From a virus (taxonomy: Duplodnaviria; Caudoviricetes): a DNA stretch of 64,000 nt. Of this stretch, positions 36,186 to 43,764 are shown piece by piece. Where the stretch lies: the IMG/VR virus record IMGVR_UViG_2667527450_000001, positions 1 through 64,000 of that record; one strand, written 5' to 3'. The notes below the pieces were generated by a model that saw nothing but the letters and a program-made list of their open reading frames with translations, ran no database searches and had not been told where the DNA came from. A program made the position numbers and the translations under genes. Within the stretch, counting starts at the first letter, position 1. Each line of letters opens with the position of its first letter.

Positions 36186-36869
36186 GTGGACGACACGAAA
36201 AGCCGATGGGTCTACCTCGTCGGGTCGACTCTGACCAGGCCGGTGAAGATCGGCGTCGCTACGAACGTCAAGGCGCGCCTTGACGAGCTTCGGGTCGGCT
36301 CCCCGCTCCCGCTACACCTGATCTGGAAGGCGCGTGGCGGCCGGGCCCTAGAGAGGACCCTGCATGAGTACTTCTCCCCGTACCGCATCCACGGCGAGTG
36401 GTTCGACTTCGGAGACGAGAACCCCGCAGCGCTCGTCGCCACGGCAGCCGTGCTCATGGGCAGCCCTTCGCATCCCCAGCGCGTAGCGGCAGAGAGCCGT
36501 CTGCGAATCGTCCAAACCTCCCTGACGGCCGACGCGTCGAACGTGATCGGGCACCTGATCAACGCGGCGTCCGAAACCGGGCGAAGCTCGGTGACCAACG
36601 CCGAAGCGTTCGCCTACCTCGCCTCGGTCGACCCGGAGTTCGCTCGCTCCGATGGAGAGGGCGACGAGCAGTACCGATCGCGCGTCGGGAAGCGCCTCGC
36701 TGCCGCCCTGCGTGCAGAAGGCATAGCCGTGCGGCTCACGAAGGTCACGACGGCCGATGGCACGCGAAGCAACGGCTACCGGCTCGAAGCCCTTAGGGCA
36801 GCACTATCTGCTCGGTTCGAGCGTCGCCAACCCGTGCGCGCCACCTGGCCGCCGGCTAACCCCTACTGA
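36186..36869 (+). CDS. T5orf172 (GIY-YIG) nuclease fused to a TraB-like C-terminal wHTH
   Basis: WVYLVG...VKIG...RLDELRVGSP...HGEWF; C-terminus GKRLAAALRAEG...NGYRLEALRAAL. Confidence 0.8.
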   Translation: MDDTKSRWVYLVGSTLTRPVKIGVATNVKARLDELRVGSPLPLHLIWKARGGRALERTLHEYFSPYRIHGEWFDFGDENPAALVATAAVLMGSPSHPQRVAAESRLRIVQTSLTADASNVIGHLINAASETGRSSVTNAEAFAYLASVDPEFARSDGEGDEQYRSRVGKRLAAALRAEGIAVRLTKVTTADGTRSNGYRLEALRAALSARFERRQPVRATWPPANPY

Positions 36870-36979
36870 CCTGTTCGGAAAACACCGGCCTCCGCCATGG
36901 CCGCCACCCCCACGGCGATGGCGAGTAGCTCAGCCGGGGCGCCTCAACCCACCCACCCAACACCCGAGGAGATCACAGC

Positions 36980-37168
36980 ATGTTCACCGGCACCCCAAAG
37001 GAGCTGCGCAAGCTCCAGGACCAAGCCCGCAAGCTCGCCCTCCAGACCGCCGACCTCCTGAACCAACTTGACGCCCTGGGCCTCGGCTCTGGCTCAGGCC
37101 AGCTACACACCCCCGGCGGGATCATCCGCAACCGGCTCGGTCAGGGCTGGATCGTCACCGATCGCTGA
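36980..37168 (+). CDS. Small hypothetical protein
   Basis: GAGGAG RBS. Confidence 0.6.
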   Translation: MFTGTPKELRKLQDQARKLALQTADLLNQLDALGLGSGSGQLHTPGGIIRNRLGQGWIVTDR

Positions 37169-37248
37169 CCGTGGCGGGGCGGCCGTCCACTGCCAGGCGC
37201 ACAGCCGCCCCGCTGTCCACCACCCATCAGCAGCAGACAGGAATCAGC

Positions 37249-37827
37249 ATGCCCACTCTGACCGCCGCCGACCTCGACCAGGCCGCCGCGCGCATCGCCC
37301 CGACCTTGACCGAGCCCGAGCGGGCAGCGTGGGCCAGCATCGCCGCCGGCTACTCCCGCGGCCTTGTCGCCAAGAACACGCAGCAGCTCGTCGACGAGGC
37401 TCTCCGCTCCCTACCGGATCACGGAACCCGGCCCGCGGTCGACGTCCGCCTCCCCGGCCGCATTGCCCGCGCCCTGCCCGACTGGGCGCACCGCACCCGC
37501 ATCGACCTGTCCCACAAGCCCAGCACTCAACTTGCCGTCGCCGCCGAGGTGTTGCGGCGGTGGGGCTGGCAGCAGAAGCCGCACAAGCTCCGCGACTGGC
37601 GCGGTCGGCGCTGCATCTGCGGCGCGATCTGCACCACGGTCGACGGCCTTGGCATTGGCTCGGTCGACTCCGCCCACCAGGCCGCCGGCTACGTCCTGCT
37701 CGAACTCAGGGCGCGCAACTGGAACGCGCTCGTGGGCGATTGGAACCAGCGCGTCTGCCGCACCGCCGAGCAGGCCATCGAACTCGTCACCGCCTCCCAC
37801 CACCGAGCCCTCGCCGCAGGGCACTAA
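37249..37827 (+). CDS. DUF6197-like protein
   Basis: GWQQ...RCICGAI...WNQ...RTAEQAIEL. Confidence 0.7.
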   Translation: MPTLTAADLDQAAARIAPTLTEPERAAWASIAAGYSRGLVAKNTQQLVDEALRSLPDHGTRPAVDVRLPGRIARALPDWAHRTRIDLSHKPSTQLAVAAEVLRRWGWQQKPHKLRDWRGRRCICGAICTTVDGLGIGSVDSAHQAAGYVLLELRARNWNALVGDWNQRVCRTAEQAIELVTASHHRALAAGH

Positions 37828-37841
37828 CCCGAAGGGGACCC

Positions 37842-38381
37842 GTGAACATCACCATCGACCGCCGCTGCCGGAACGCCCGCCGCATCGAGGACCGCATCCG
37901 CGAGATCGGCGACCAGGCCGGTCGCCTCGCCGCACACCACCTCGGCGGTCGTCTACCCCAGGTGGAGATAGTCCTGACCGACGGGAACGGCGTCACCCGC
38001 CTCATTCAGGACGCCGACCTCGCCCTCGCGGGCAACACCTCATGGCGGCGTCGAGCGGTCGGCCGCGTGATTGACCGCTGGCACGGCCGACGTGCCTTCG
38101 CTGCCACAGCCCTCACAGCCCGCGGCGCTCTGGTCGCCATCAACGCCTCCCACAACAGCGACCTCCGCGAACTCGACCGCACCCTCATCCACGAGCTCGG
38201 CCACACCGTCCAGCTGTCGGCTCCCGGAGCCCGCAATCAGCACATTGCCTATCTCCGCCAGCAGTACGGCATCACCCCGCACAGCAAAGACGATCAGCGC
38301 GAATACGAGCGCCTCATCGACGTCCGCGAACAGCAGGCCGCCAACCTCGAAGCCCTCGCCCGACAACTCCCCAACCACTGA
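37842..38381 (+). CDS. Putative zinc metallopeptidase (HExxH)
   Basis: TLIHELGHTVQ plus distal E (REQQA). Confidence 0.7.
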   Translation: MNITIDRRCRNARRIEDRIREIGDQAGRLAAHHLGGRLPQVEIVLTDGNGVTRLIQDADLALAGNTSWRRRAVGRVIDRWHGRRAFAATALTARGALVAINASHNSDLRELDRTLIHELGHTVQLSAPGARNQHIAYLRQQYGITPHSKDDQREYERLIDVREQQAANLEALARQLPNH

Positions 38382-38392
38382 AAGGAACCGCC

Positions 38393-38953
38393 GTGAACAA
38401 CCCATGGAAGAAGGCCAGCACTGTCGCCGACCTCGGCCGACTCATGGCTGAGTGGCTGGAGGGACGAATTCCCACCTGGCCCGGATACATGGACACCCGA
38501 CCCGACGACGAAACCCGACACCTCATCCCCACCCTCGCCGCCGCATGCCGCGCCGGGTACGTCACCACCGGCTCGCAGCCCGGACTGCCGCCCGGCTGCG
38601 GTTACGACGGCCGCACCTGGCGGCAACGCGCCGCGGTCGAAGGGTGGATCGCCGACCCTCATCTCCTCAACCGCATCCGCGCCGGCGCCGAGCGTGCGGG
38701 CATCACGGTCATCGCTAACCGTCCGGGGCAGCGCAGCCACCCCGGCATGCCCGTCACGGAAGCCGGCGCTGAAGTCACTACCGACTTCGGCTGGTCACCC
38801 GGGCACCGCCGGCTGATCGCCAGCATGTGGCGCGGCATCGGCCGGCCCGCAGAGCGTGAGCTTCGCGAGGCCACCCATCTCACCCTCGTCGACCCCGAAT
38901 GGGGCCGCGACAACTGGCTCTGGCCCGCACTCGCCCACGCCACCAACCGCTGA
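38393..38953 (+). CDS. DUF6919-like protein
   Basis: RAGYVTTGSQPG...QRAAVEG...VDPEWGRD.WLW. Confidence 0.7.
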   Translation: MNNPWKKASTVADLGRLMAEWLEGRIPTWPGYMDTRPDDETRHLIPTLAAACRAGYVTTGSQPGLPPGCGYDGRTWRQRAAVEGWIADPHLLNRIRAGAERAGITVIANRPGQRSHPGMPVTEAGAEVTTDFGWSPGHRRLIASMWRGIGRPAERELREATHLTLVDPEWGRDNWLWPALAHATNR

Positions 38954-38966
38954 AGGGAACTCCCTC

Positions 38967-39215
38967 ATGTCCCGCTACTCCCAGGCCCGCCTCAACAAGG
39001 AAGCCGCCGGCTTCGAAGCCGAAGCGAAGCGCGCCGCCGCGGCTGCCCGCGACGGCGACCGCGCCGCCAAGGACCCGAACCTCGACACCTACAACCAGGG
39101 CGTCGCCGCCCGCTGCGCCGCCATCGCCCGCAGCAACGCCCGCGAGTACCGCGAGATCGCTGCCGCCCTGCGCGACGGCGAGATCCCCGAAGGCGTCCGG
39201 CTCGACCTCGACTAA
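38967..39215 (+). CDS. Hypothetical protein
   Basis: RBS, codon bias. Confidence 0.65.
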   Translation: MSRYSQARLNKEAAGFEAEAKRAAAAARDGDRAAKDPNLDTYNQGVAARCAAIARSNAREYREIAAALRDGEIPEGVRLDLD

Positions 39216-39248
39216 CCCACCCCGCCCCAGCAGAAAGGACCACACGCC

Positions 39249-39560
39249 ATGACCACCGACCTTCACGGCAAGCCCCAGGCAGCGACCTTCCTCTCCTTGT
39301 ACGCCGACGACGTCGCCTTCGTCACCGAAGAGGCCCCGGCCACCACGCTGCAGGACTTCATCAACCAGCTCTCCACGGCAAGCAGCCGCCTGGACAGCGT
39401 GGGCATCAACGGCGCCGAGGAGCTCGACACCGCGGCGATCTACCTTTCCGACGCCGCCCACAACGCCTCTGGCACCGACCAGATCGCCCTCTTCAACCAG
39501 GCCGACGAGCACTTGCGCGACGTCACAGACATGGTCGACGAGTACCGCCTCATGGTCTGA
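39249..39560 (+). CDS. Acidic hypothetical protein
   Basis: GAAAGGA RBS. Confidence 0.7.
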   Translation: MTTDLHGKPQAATFLSLYADDVAFVTEEAPATTLQDFINQLSTASSRLDSVGINGAEELDTAAIYLSDAAHNASGTDQIALFNQADEHLRDVTDMVDEYRLMV

Positions 39561-39642
39561 CCACCCCTCCCGGTGAGGCCCGGACCGAGCCGACAGGCCG
39601 GGCCCACCGTCAATCCACCACCACACCGAAGGGAGCCCCACT

Positions 39643-39945
39643 ATGGGCTGGACCATCTCGCATGGCGTCCAGAACACCCGCTCCGCCACGACGATCCACA
39701 ACCTTGCCCAACACCTCGCCCACGTCCTGTCGGCATCCGACTGGCGCGCCATTGAGCCGGTCTTCGGCTACCGCTCCGGTGACCCGTTCCAGGTCCCGCA
39801 CGCCGACGCCCGACGGCTCGCCGCCGTCCTGCGACGAGCCGCCAACCACCGCAAAATGCCCGCCGACTGGGGTGCGCTCGCCCGCGAACTCGCAGACTCC
39901 GCAGAGCGCGCTGCCTCAGCGCGGCAGCCCTGGAAGTGGCGTTAG
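39643..39945 (+). CDS. Hypothetical protein
   Basis: GGGAG RBS; MGWTISHG...QPWKWR. Confidence 0.7.
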   Translation: MGWTISHGVQNTRSATTIHNLAQHLAHVLSASDWRAIEPVFGYRSGDPFQVPHADARRLAAVLRRAANHRKMPADWGALARELADSAERAASARQPWKWR

Positions 39946-40051
39946 AGGAACTGGGCGAGTGATGCGCACCGACGGATCACACGTCTGACTGGAATTTCGC
40001 GACCAAGCGAACACCCGCATAGCTCACCGCGCCCCTGGAAAGGGACCGCTC

Positions 40052-40432
40052 ATGCCCATCGGACCCGGCTTCGACGACCCCGAGTACGACAACTACGACC
40101 CCGCGTGGCGACACCAGGACACCCCGTTCCGACGGTGGCTCCACGAGCGTCTCACCGCAGCTGGCAGCGATTGCTCGGCCGACATCGCCGCAAGCTACGC
40201 CCCTGCCAACCGCTACCACGGCCTGAACGCCATCGACCTGGACGACCTCGCCACCCTCACCGACACCACCGGCGCCGCCGTGCAAGCCGCTCACAAAGCC
40301 GACCTCGACGAGTGGGCGCGCGAGCAGCAGCTACGCGATCACCCTGACCTGGCCGTCCTCGACGCCGACCTGGACCGCATCCGACACCGCTCCGGAGCTC
40401 GCCATCCGGCCTCTCGGCGGTGGCGTGAATGA
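40052..40432 (+). CDS. Hypothetical protein
   Basis: RBS, codon bias. Confidence 0.65.
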   Translation: MPIGPGFDDPEYDNYDPAWRHQDTPFRRWLHERLTAAGSDCSADIAASYAPANRYHGLNAIDLDDLATLTDTTGAAVQAAHKADLDEWAREQQLRDHPDLAVLDADLDRIRHRSGARHPASRRWRE

Positions 40433-40577
40433 CGGCCACATCCTGATGCTGCCGAGGGTCCATGTAGCCGGCGCCGGCAATCGGCATGGGCGCCCGGTGT
40501 TTTAATGAGGCGAGAAGGGGAGGGGTCAGCACTGGATGGTCCCTCCCCCCTCTTCGGGCATCAAGGGAGGACTCCAG

Positions 40578-40766
40578 ATGGGCTTCCTGTACATCGCCGT
40601 CTTCGCCGGGTTCCTCTATCTTGCGCCCGCGATCCTCCTATGCAAGAAAGTGGCCAAGAAGACCACTGCGAAGATGGGCTGGGCCTTTGCCTTCGGACTG
40701 ATAGGTCTCCCCATCGCCTTGCTGGTCATCGGCGGGGTGATCGAAGCTCAAGGGGCCGCTGGGTGA
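40578..40766 (+). CDS. Small two-TM membrane protein (moron-like)
   Basis: GGAGG RBS; two hydrophobic segments. Confidence 0.6.
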   Translation: MGFLYIAVFAGFLYLAPAILLCKKVAKKTTAKMGWAFAFGLIGLPIALLVIGGVIEAQGAAG

Positions 40767-40821
40767 GCGGCATCGACGTCGGAGTGCATGCTCGCTCCGA
40801 CCGTGCATTCCCCAGAGGCGA

Positions 40822-41004
40822 TCAGGCTGGCCGGCGCTCTCGCCGAACTTCAGGGCGTGCCGCCGCGCGGGCCAGCCACCGCCCCCGCCCCAGAACGATC
40901 GAGGGCCGTCCGAGCGGCGTCAGGTCCAGCGCGTGGCACAGGCGCTGGAGCTCAGCTGCCGCCGTGGATTCCGAGTCGGCGAGCACCGTATAGACCGTCG
41001 ACAT
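40822..41004 (-). CDS. Small hypothetical protein
   Basis: 60-aa ORF with plausible composition. Confidence 0.5.
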   Translation of the reverse strand: MSTVYTVLADSESTAAAELQRLCHALDLTPLGRPSIVLGRGRWLARAAARPEVRRERRPA

Positions 41005-41150
41005 ATCGGCATTCTGCCGTCACCACAGCGCAGTTGGCGGAGAAACACGTCGGATTCACCCCGGCGGTGGGGCCCCGGGATTGTCGGGCACCCGCTGCAC
41101 AATGGCGACAGCCCACCTCATAGCCCTGGCACCGCAGCGAGGAGCCCGCC

Positions 41151-41804
41151 ATGAACGACGACGCCAACGACAGCTACACGTGGCCCGCGTGCAGCGCCTG
41201 CGGTAGGCCGCTGTGGGAAAACGAACTCGGCCGTCGAGCCTGCCGAATGTGCCAGCGCCGGACGGACGAGCAGCTCGAAGCTCTCGCTGGCCCCCGAGGG
41301 CTCTACGCATCACTCGCGCTCGCCCTCAAGCCGGGGGCTGGCAGCGGAGGCTCCCGTGTTTCTGGCGGGACCCGAACCGCGCCGCTGCCGCTTCGCCTCG
41401 GACCGCTCAGCCTGTCCGCCCGCGGGGGAGTCGTCACCGTCCTGCAAACGTGGCTCGTCGACTGGCACGAGCAACTCGGCTGGACGCACCCCCGATGGAA
41501 AGGTGGCCTGCAACAGCAACTTGACCAGGTCGTGCGCGCCCTTCGGAACAACCTCGAATGGGCAGCCACCGAGCACCCGGCATTCGGCGAATTCACCACC
41601 GAAGTCGCGGCACTCACCCGAGCCTGCCGTCGACAGACAACCGGCGAGAAACCTGAGCGGCGCGTCACCGTCGCATGCCCGTGCGGCGGAACCATGAGCA
41701 TCACCATCTCCACGCCCGGCACCCGGTGCATCACCTGCGGTACTCAGTACACCCGGTCCGAAGTCCTTGAACTGCCCCTCGTCAGCCGCGACATAGCTGC
41801 TTAG
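41151..41804 (+). CDS. Zn-finger protein, candidate late regulator/antiterminator
   Basis: CSAC..CRMC and CPCG..CITC; last gene before the late promoter. Confidence 0.65.
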   Translation: MNDDANDSYTWPACSACGRPLWENELGRRACRMCQRRTDEQLEALAGPRGLYASLALALKPGAGSGGSRVSGGTRTAPLPLRLGPLSLSARGGVVTVLQTWLVDWHEQLGWTHPRWKGGLQQQLDQVVRALRNNLEWAATEHPAFGEFTTEVAALTRACRRQTTGEKPERRVTVACPCGGTMSITISTPGTRCITCGTQYTRSEVLELPLVSRDIAA

Positions 41805-41812
41805 AACGGCAC

Positions 41813-41841
41813 TTGCGTAGTCGGTAGTTGAATGTCACACT
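41813..41841 (+). promoter_or_regulatory. Putative late promoter
   Basis: TTGCGT-17 nt-CACACT. Confidence 0.45.
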
Positions 41842-41877
41842 GCCTCCAACGAAGCACTCGTGTGCCCGAAAAACCTG

Positions 41878-41904
41878 AAGCCTCCGATTCGTCGGGGGCT
41901 TTTT
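41878..41904 (+). terminator. Intrinsic terminator
   Basis: AAGCCTCCGA-TTCG-TCGGGGGCTT followed by TTT. Confidence 0.8.
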
Positions 41905-41927
41905 GCGTGCTCGAACTGGAGGTGCCC

Positions 41928-42170
41928 GTGCGTCTCGCCGAGATCCTGCCGGCAGACCTGGTGTTTGCTCACGAGGCCACCGCGGCAACCGGAGTCCCGC
42001 AGCAGGTGATCCGCCAGTGGGCGGCACGCGGGAAGATCCGCCGTTTCTCCGGCGAGCACCGCCTCACCGGCAACGGCCACGAATACAAGACCATGTACGC
42101 ACTCCCAGAAGTGCAGGAGCGGGCCCGCTCCTATCGAGCCACGCCCCAGCGCGGCCTCCGCGCCGCCTGA
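41928..42170 (+). CDS. MerR-like HTH DNA-binding protein
   Basis: EATAATGVPQQVIRQWAARGKI...MYALPEV. Confidence 0.75.
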   Translation: MRLAEILPADLVFAHEATAATGVPQQVIRQWAARGKIRRFSGEHRLTGNGHEYKTMYALPEVQERARSYRATPQRGLRAA

Positions 42171-42361
42171 CTCCTCGCGGGTGGTCGAGCCTTGTGGCGG
42201 CAGCTCCCGCCCGCGAGGAACAACGCCTGCCGCATGGCAGGCACGGGGCCTTGAAGCGCTATCCCCCAGCGCTCGGCACCCCGGTCCGCCCGGTCGACTC
42301 GACACGACCGGGCGGACCCCGAAACCCCCGCTGCCCGAGGGACCGCGGCCGGGCAGCGGGC
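42171..42361 (+). ncRNA. Candidate structured RNA (five consecutive hairpins)
   Basis: Contiguous stems fill the whole intergenic region. Confidence 0.4.
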
Positions 42362-42380
42362 CATACACAGCAAGGTGACC

Positions 42381-42596
42381 ATGACCGTCTCAGACCCCGC
42401 CCGCGCGTGGCATCACGTCGACGCCCCGTTCACCCCGCCACGCGAATGGGAGCCGATTCCCGGCACATGCTCCCGCTGCGGCCAGCCCGCATGGCTCGGC
42501 GAACGCCGCTGGTGGCACCAAGGACCCGCCTGCCCCTCACGCGGACAGGCCGCCGACTTCATCCCCAGCTGGACCCGTCAAGGAGAAACACCGTGA
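42381..42596 (+). CDS. Small Cys-motif protein
   Basis: CSRC...WWH...C. Confidence 0.55.
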   Translation: MTVSDPARAWHHVDAPFTPPREWEPIPGTCSRCGQPAWLGERRWWHQGPACPSRGQAADFIPSWTRQGETP

Positions 42597-42871
42597 ACGC
42601 TCTCGTCGACCGCCTACACACATTCTTCGGCCGCTTCACCTCCGCCACCCACAAGGACGTCGAGGGCCTGGTCGCGGCCATCGAGCAGCACCTCGCACCG
42701 ATGATCCGCAGCGCCGTCCACGACGCGCTCACCACGGCCGAGACGGACGGCAAGAGCCTCCTAGACCAGCTCAAGGCCGACGAGACCAAGCTCGCCACCG
42801 CGGTCGCCGCCGAGGTCGCCAAGATCCTCGGTCACACCCCGGAGCCGCCCGCGCCCGGAGGAACCGCGTGA
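42593..42871 (+). CDS. Hypothetical protein
   Basis: AAGGAG RBS plus GTG. Confidence 0.65.
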   Translation: MNALVDRLHTFFGRFTSATHKDVEGLVAAIEQHLAPMIRSAVHDALTTAETDGKSLLDQLKADETKLATAVAAEVAKILGHTPEPPAPGGTA

Positions 42872-43281
42872 CCGAAGCACCGGCTCCGGAAGCTGCTCCG
42901 GACACCGTCCAACCGGCCGGGCCTACCTGCAACGCCTGCGGCGGCCGAGCCGCCGTGCAGTGGCAGCGGCGACTGACCGACACCGAATTCGCCGCCCACC
43001 TGGCACTGGAGCAGCAGCGGCGAGACGAACGCCTCCGCCTCGCCGACCCGCAGCAGCCGGTCGCCGACTTCGGACCACTGCCCACCCCCGCCGACTGCGT
43101 CACCCCCGTCTTCGGCTGCGCCACGCACGCCATCACGGCGGACGCTGCAGCCCTCGTCCACCAGAAGACGTGCAGCGCCCCCGACCCGGCCCGGCTGCCC
43201 GGCTGCAACTGCACGCCAGAGCCCGCGCCACAGCCCACCCCCGACCCCGAGCCAGCACCGCTGCCGCCCGGCTGGAGCTAG
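42868..43281 (+). CDS. Cys/Pro-rich hypothetical protein
   Basis: CNAC...CATH...CNC. Confidence 0.65.
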   Translation: MTEAPAPEAAPDTVQPAGPTCNACGGRAAVQWQRRLTDTEFAAHLALEQQRRDERLRLADPQQPVADFGPLPTPADCVTPVFGCATHAITADAAALVHQKTCSAPDPARLPGCNCTPEPAPQPTPDPEPAPLPPGWS

Positions 43282-43293
43282 TGAGGGGGCCTG

Positions 43294-43764
43294 ATGGTCG
43301 CGTCGAAGGCACAGCAGGCCGCTACGGCGGAGCGCCGAGCGAAGGCCATACGTATGAAGATCGAGGGCGCCACGTACACGCAGATCGCGGACGCCCTCGG
43401 GTACGCCTCCCGCAGCGCCGCCCACATGGACGTCAAACGGTCCCTTGAGCGGCACGTCGTCGAGGAGGGCCTCGCCATCGAGGCATGGCGGGAGCTCGAA
43501 CTCGCCCGGCTCGATACTCTCCAGCAGGCCATCTGGGACAAGGCCATGAGCGGAGATCCTCGCGTTATCGAAGCCGCGCTGAAGATCCTCGATCGGCGGG
43601 CCAAGCTCCTCGGGCTGGACAGCGCTATCAAGCTGGAGGTGCTGACGGTTGATGCCCTCGACGCCCAAATCCAGCGCCTCGAAGCCGAACTCAACGCTGC
43701 CGCAATCGCCGCTGTTGACAGCGAAGCTGGAGAAGCTCCGCCGCCTCCGGGAACTACAAGCTGA
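43294..43764 (+). CDS. Terminase small subunit
   Basis: HTH GATYTQIADALGY; ELARLD...RRAKLLGLD; precedes TerL. Confidence 0.8.
   Translation: MVASKAQQAATAERRAKAIRMKIEGATYTQIADALGYASRSAAHMDVKRSLERHVVEEGLAIEAWRELELARLDTLQQAIWDKAMSGDPRVIEAALKILDRRAKLLGLDSAIKLEVLTVDALDAQIQRLEAELNAAAIAAVDSEAGEAPPPPGTTS

Larger units (their letters stand above)
26480..40432. mobile_element. AICE/conjugative-plasmid-like transfer module embedded in the prophage (bounds approximate)
   Basis: pif remnant, korSA-like, xis-like, Spd-like membrane proteins, TraB/FtsK and clt-like repeats; no integrase or Rep seen. Confidence 0.7.

Noticed and set aside
26732-40432. Complete independent AICE inserted in the prophage
   Set aside because: No integrase, RepSA/RepAM or flanking att repeats visible; kept as an embedded module, though a decayed insertion cannot be excluded.
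42171-42361. Second tRNA gene
   Set aside because: No TTCRA T-loop, cloverleaf or CCA end; kept only as a structured-RNA candidate.
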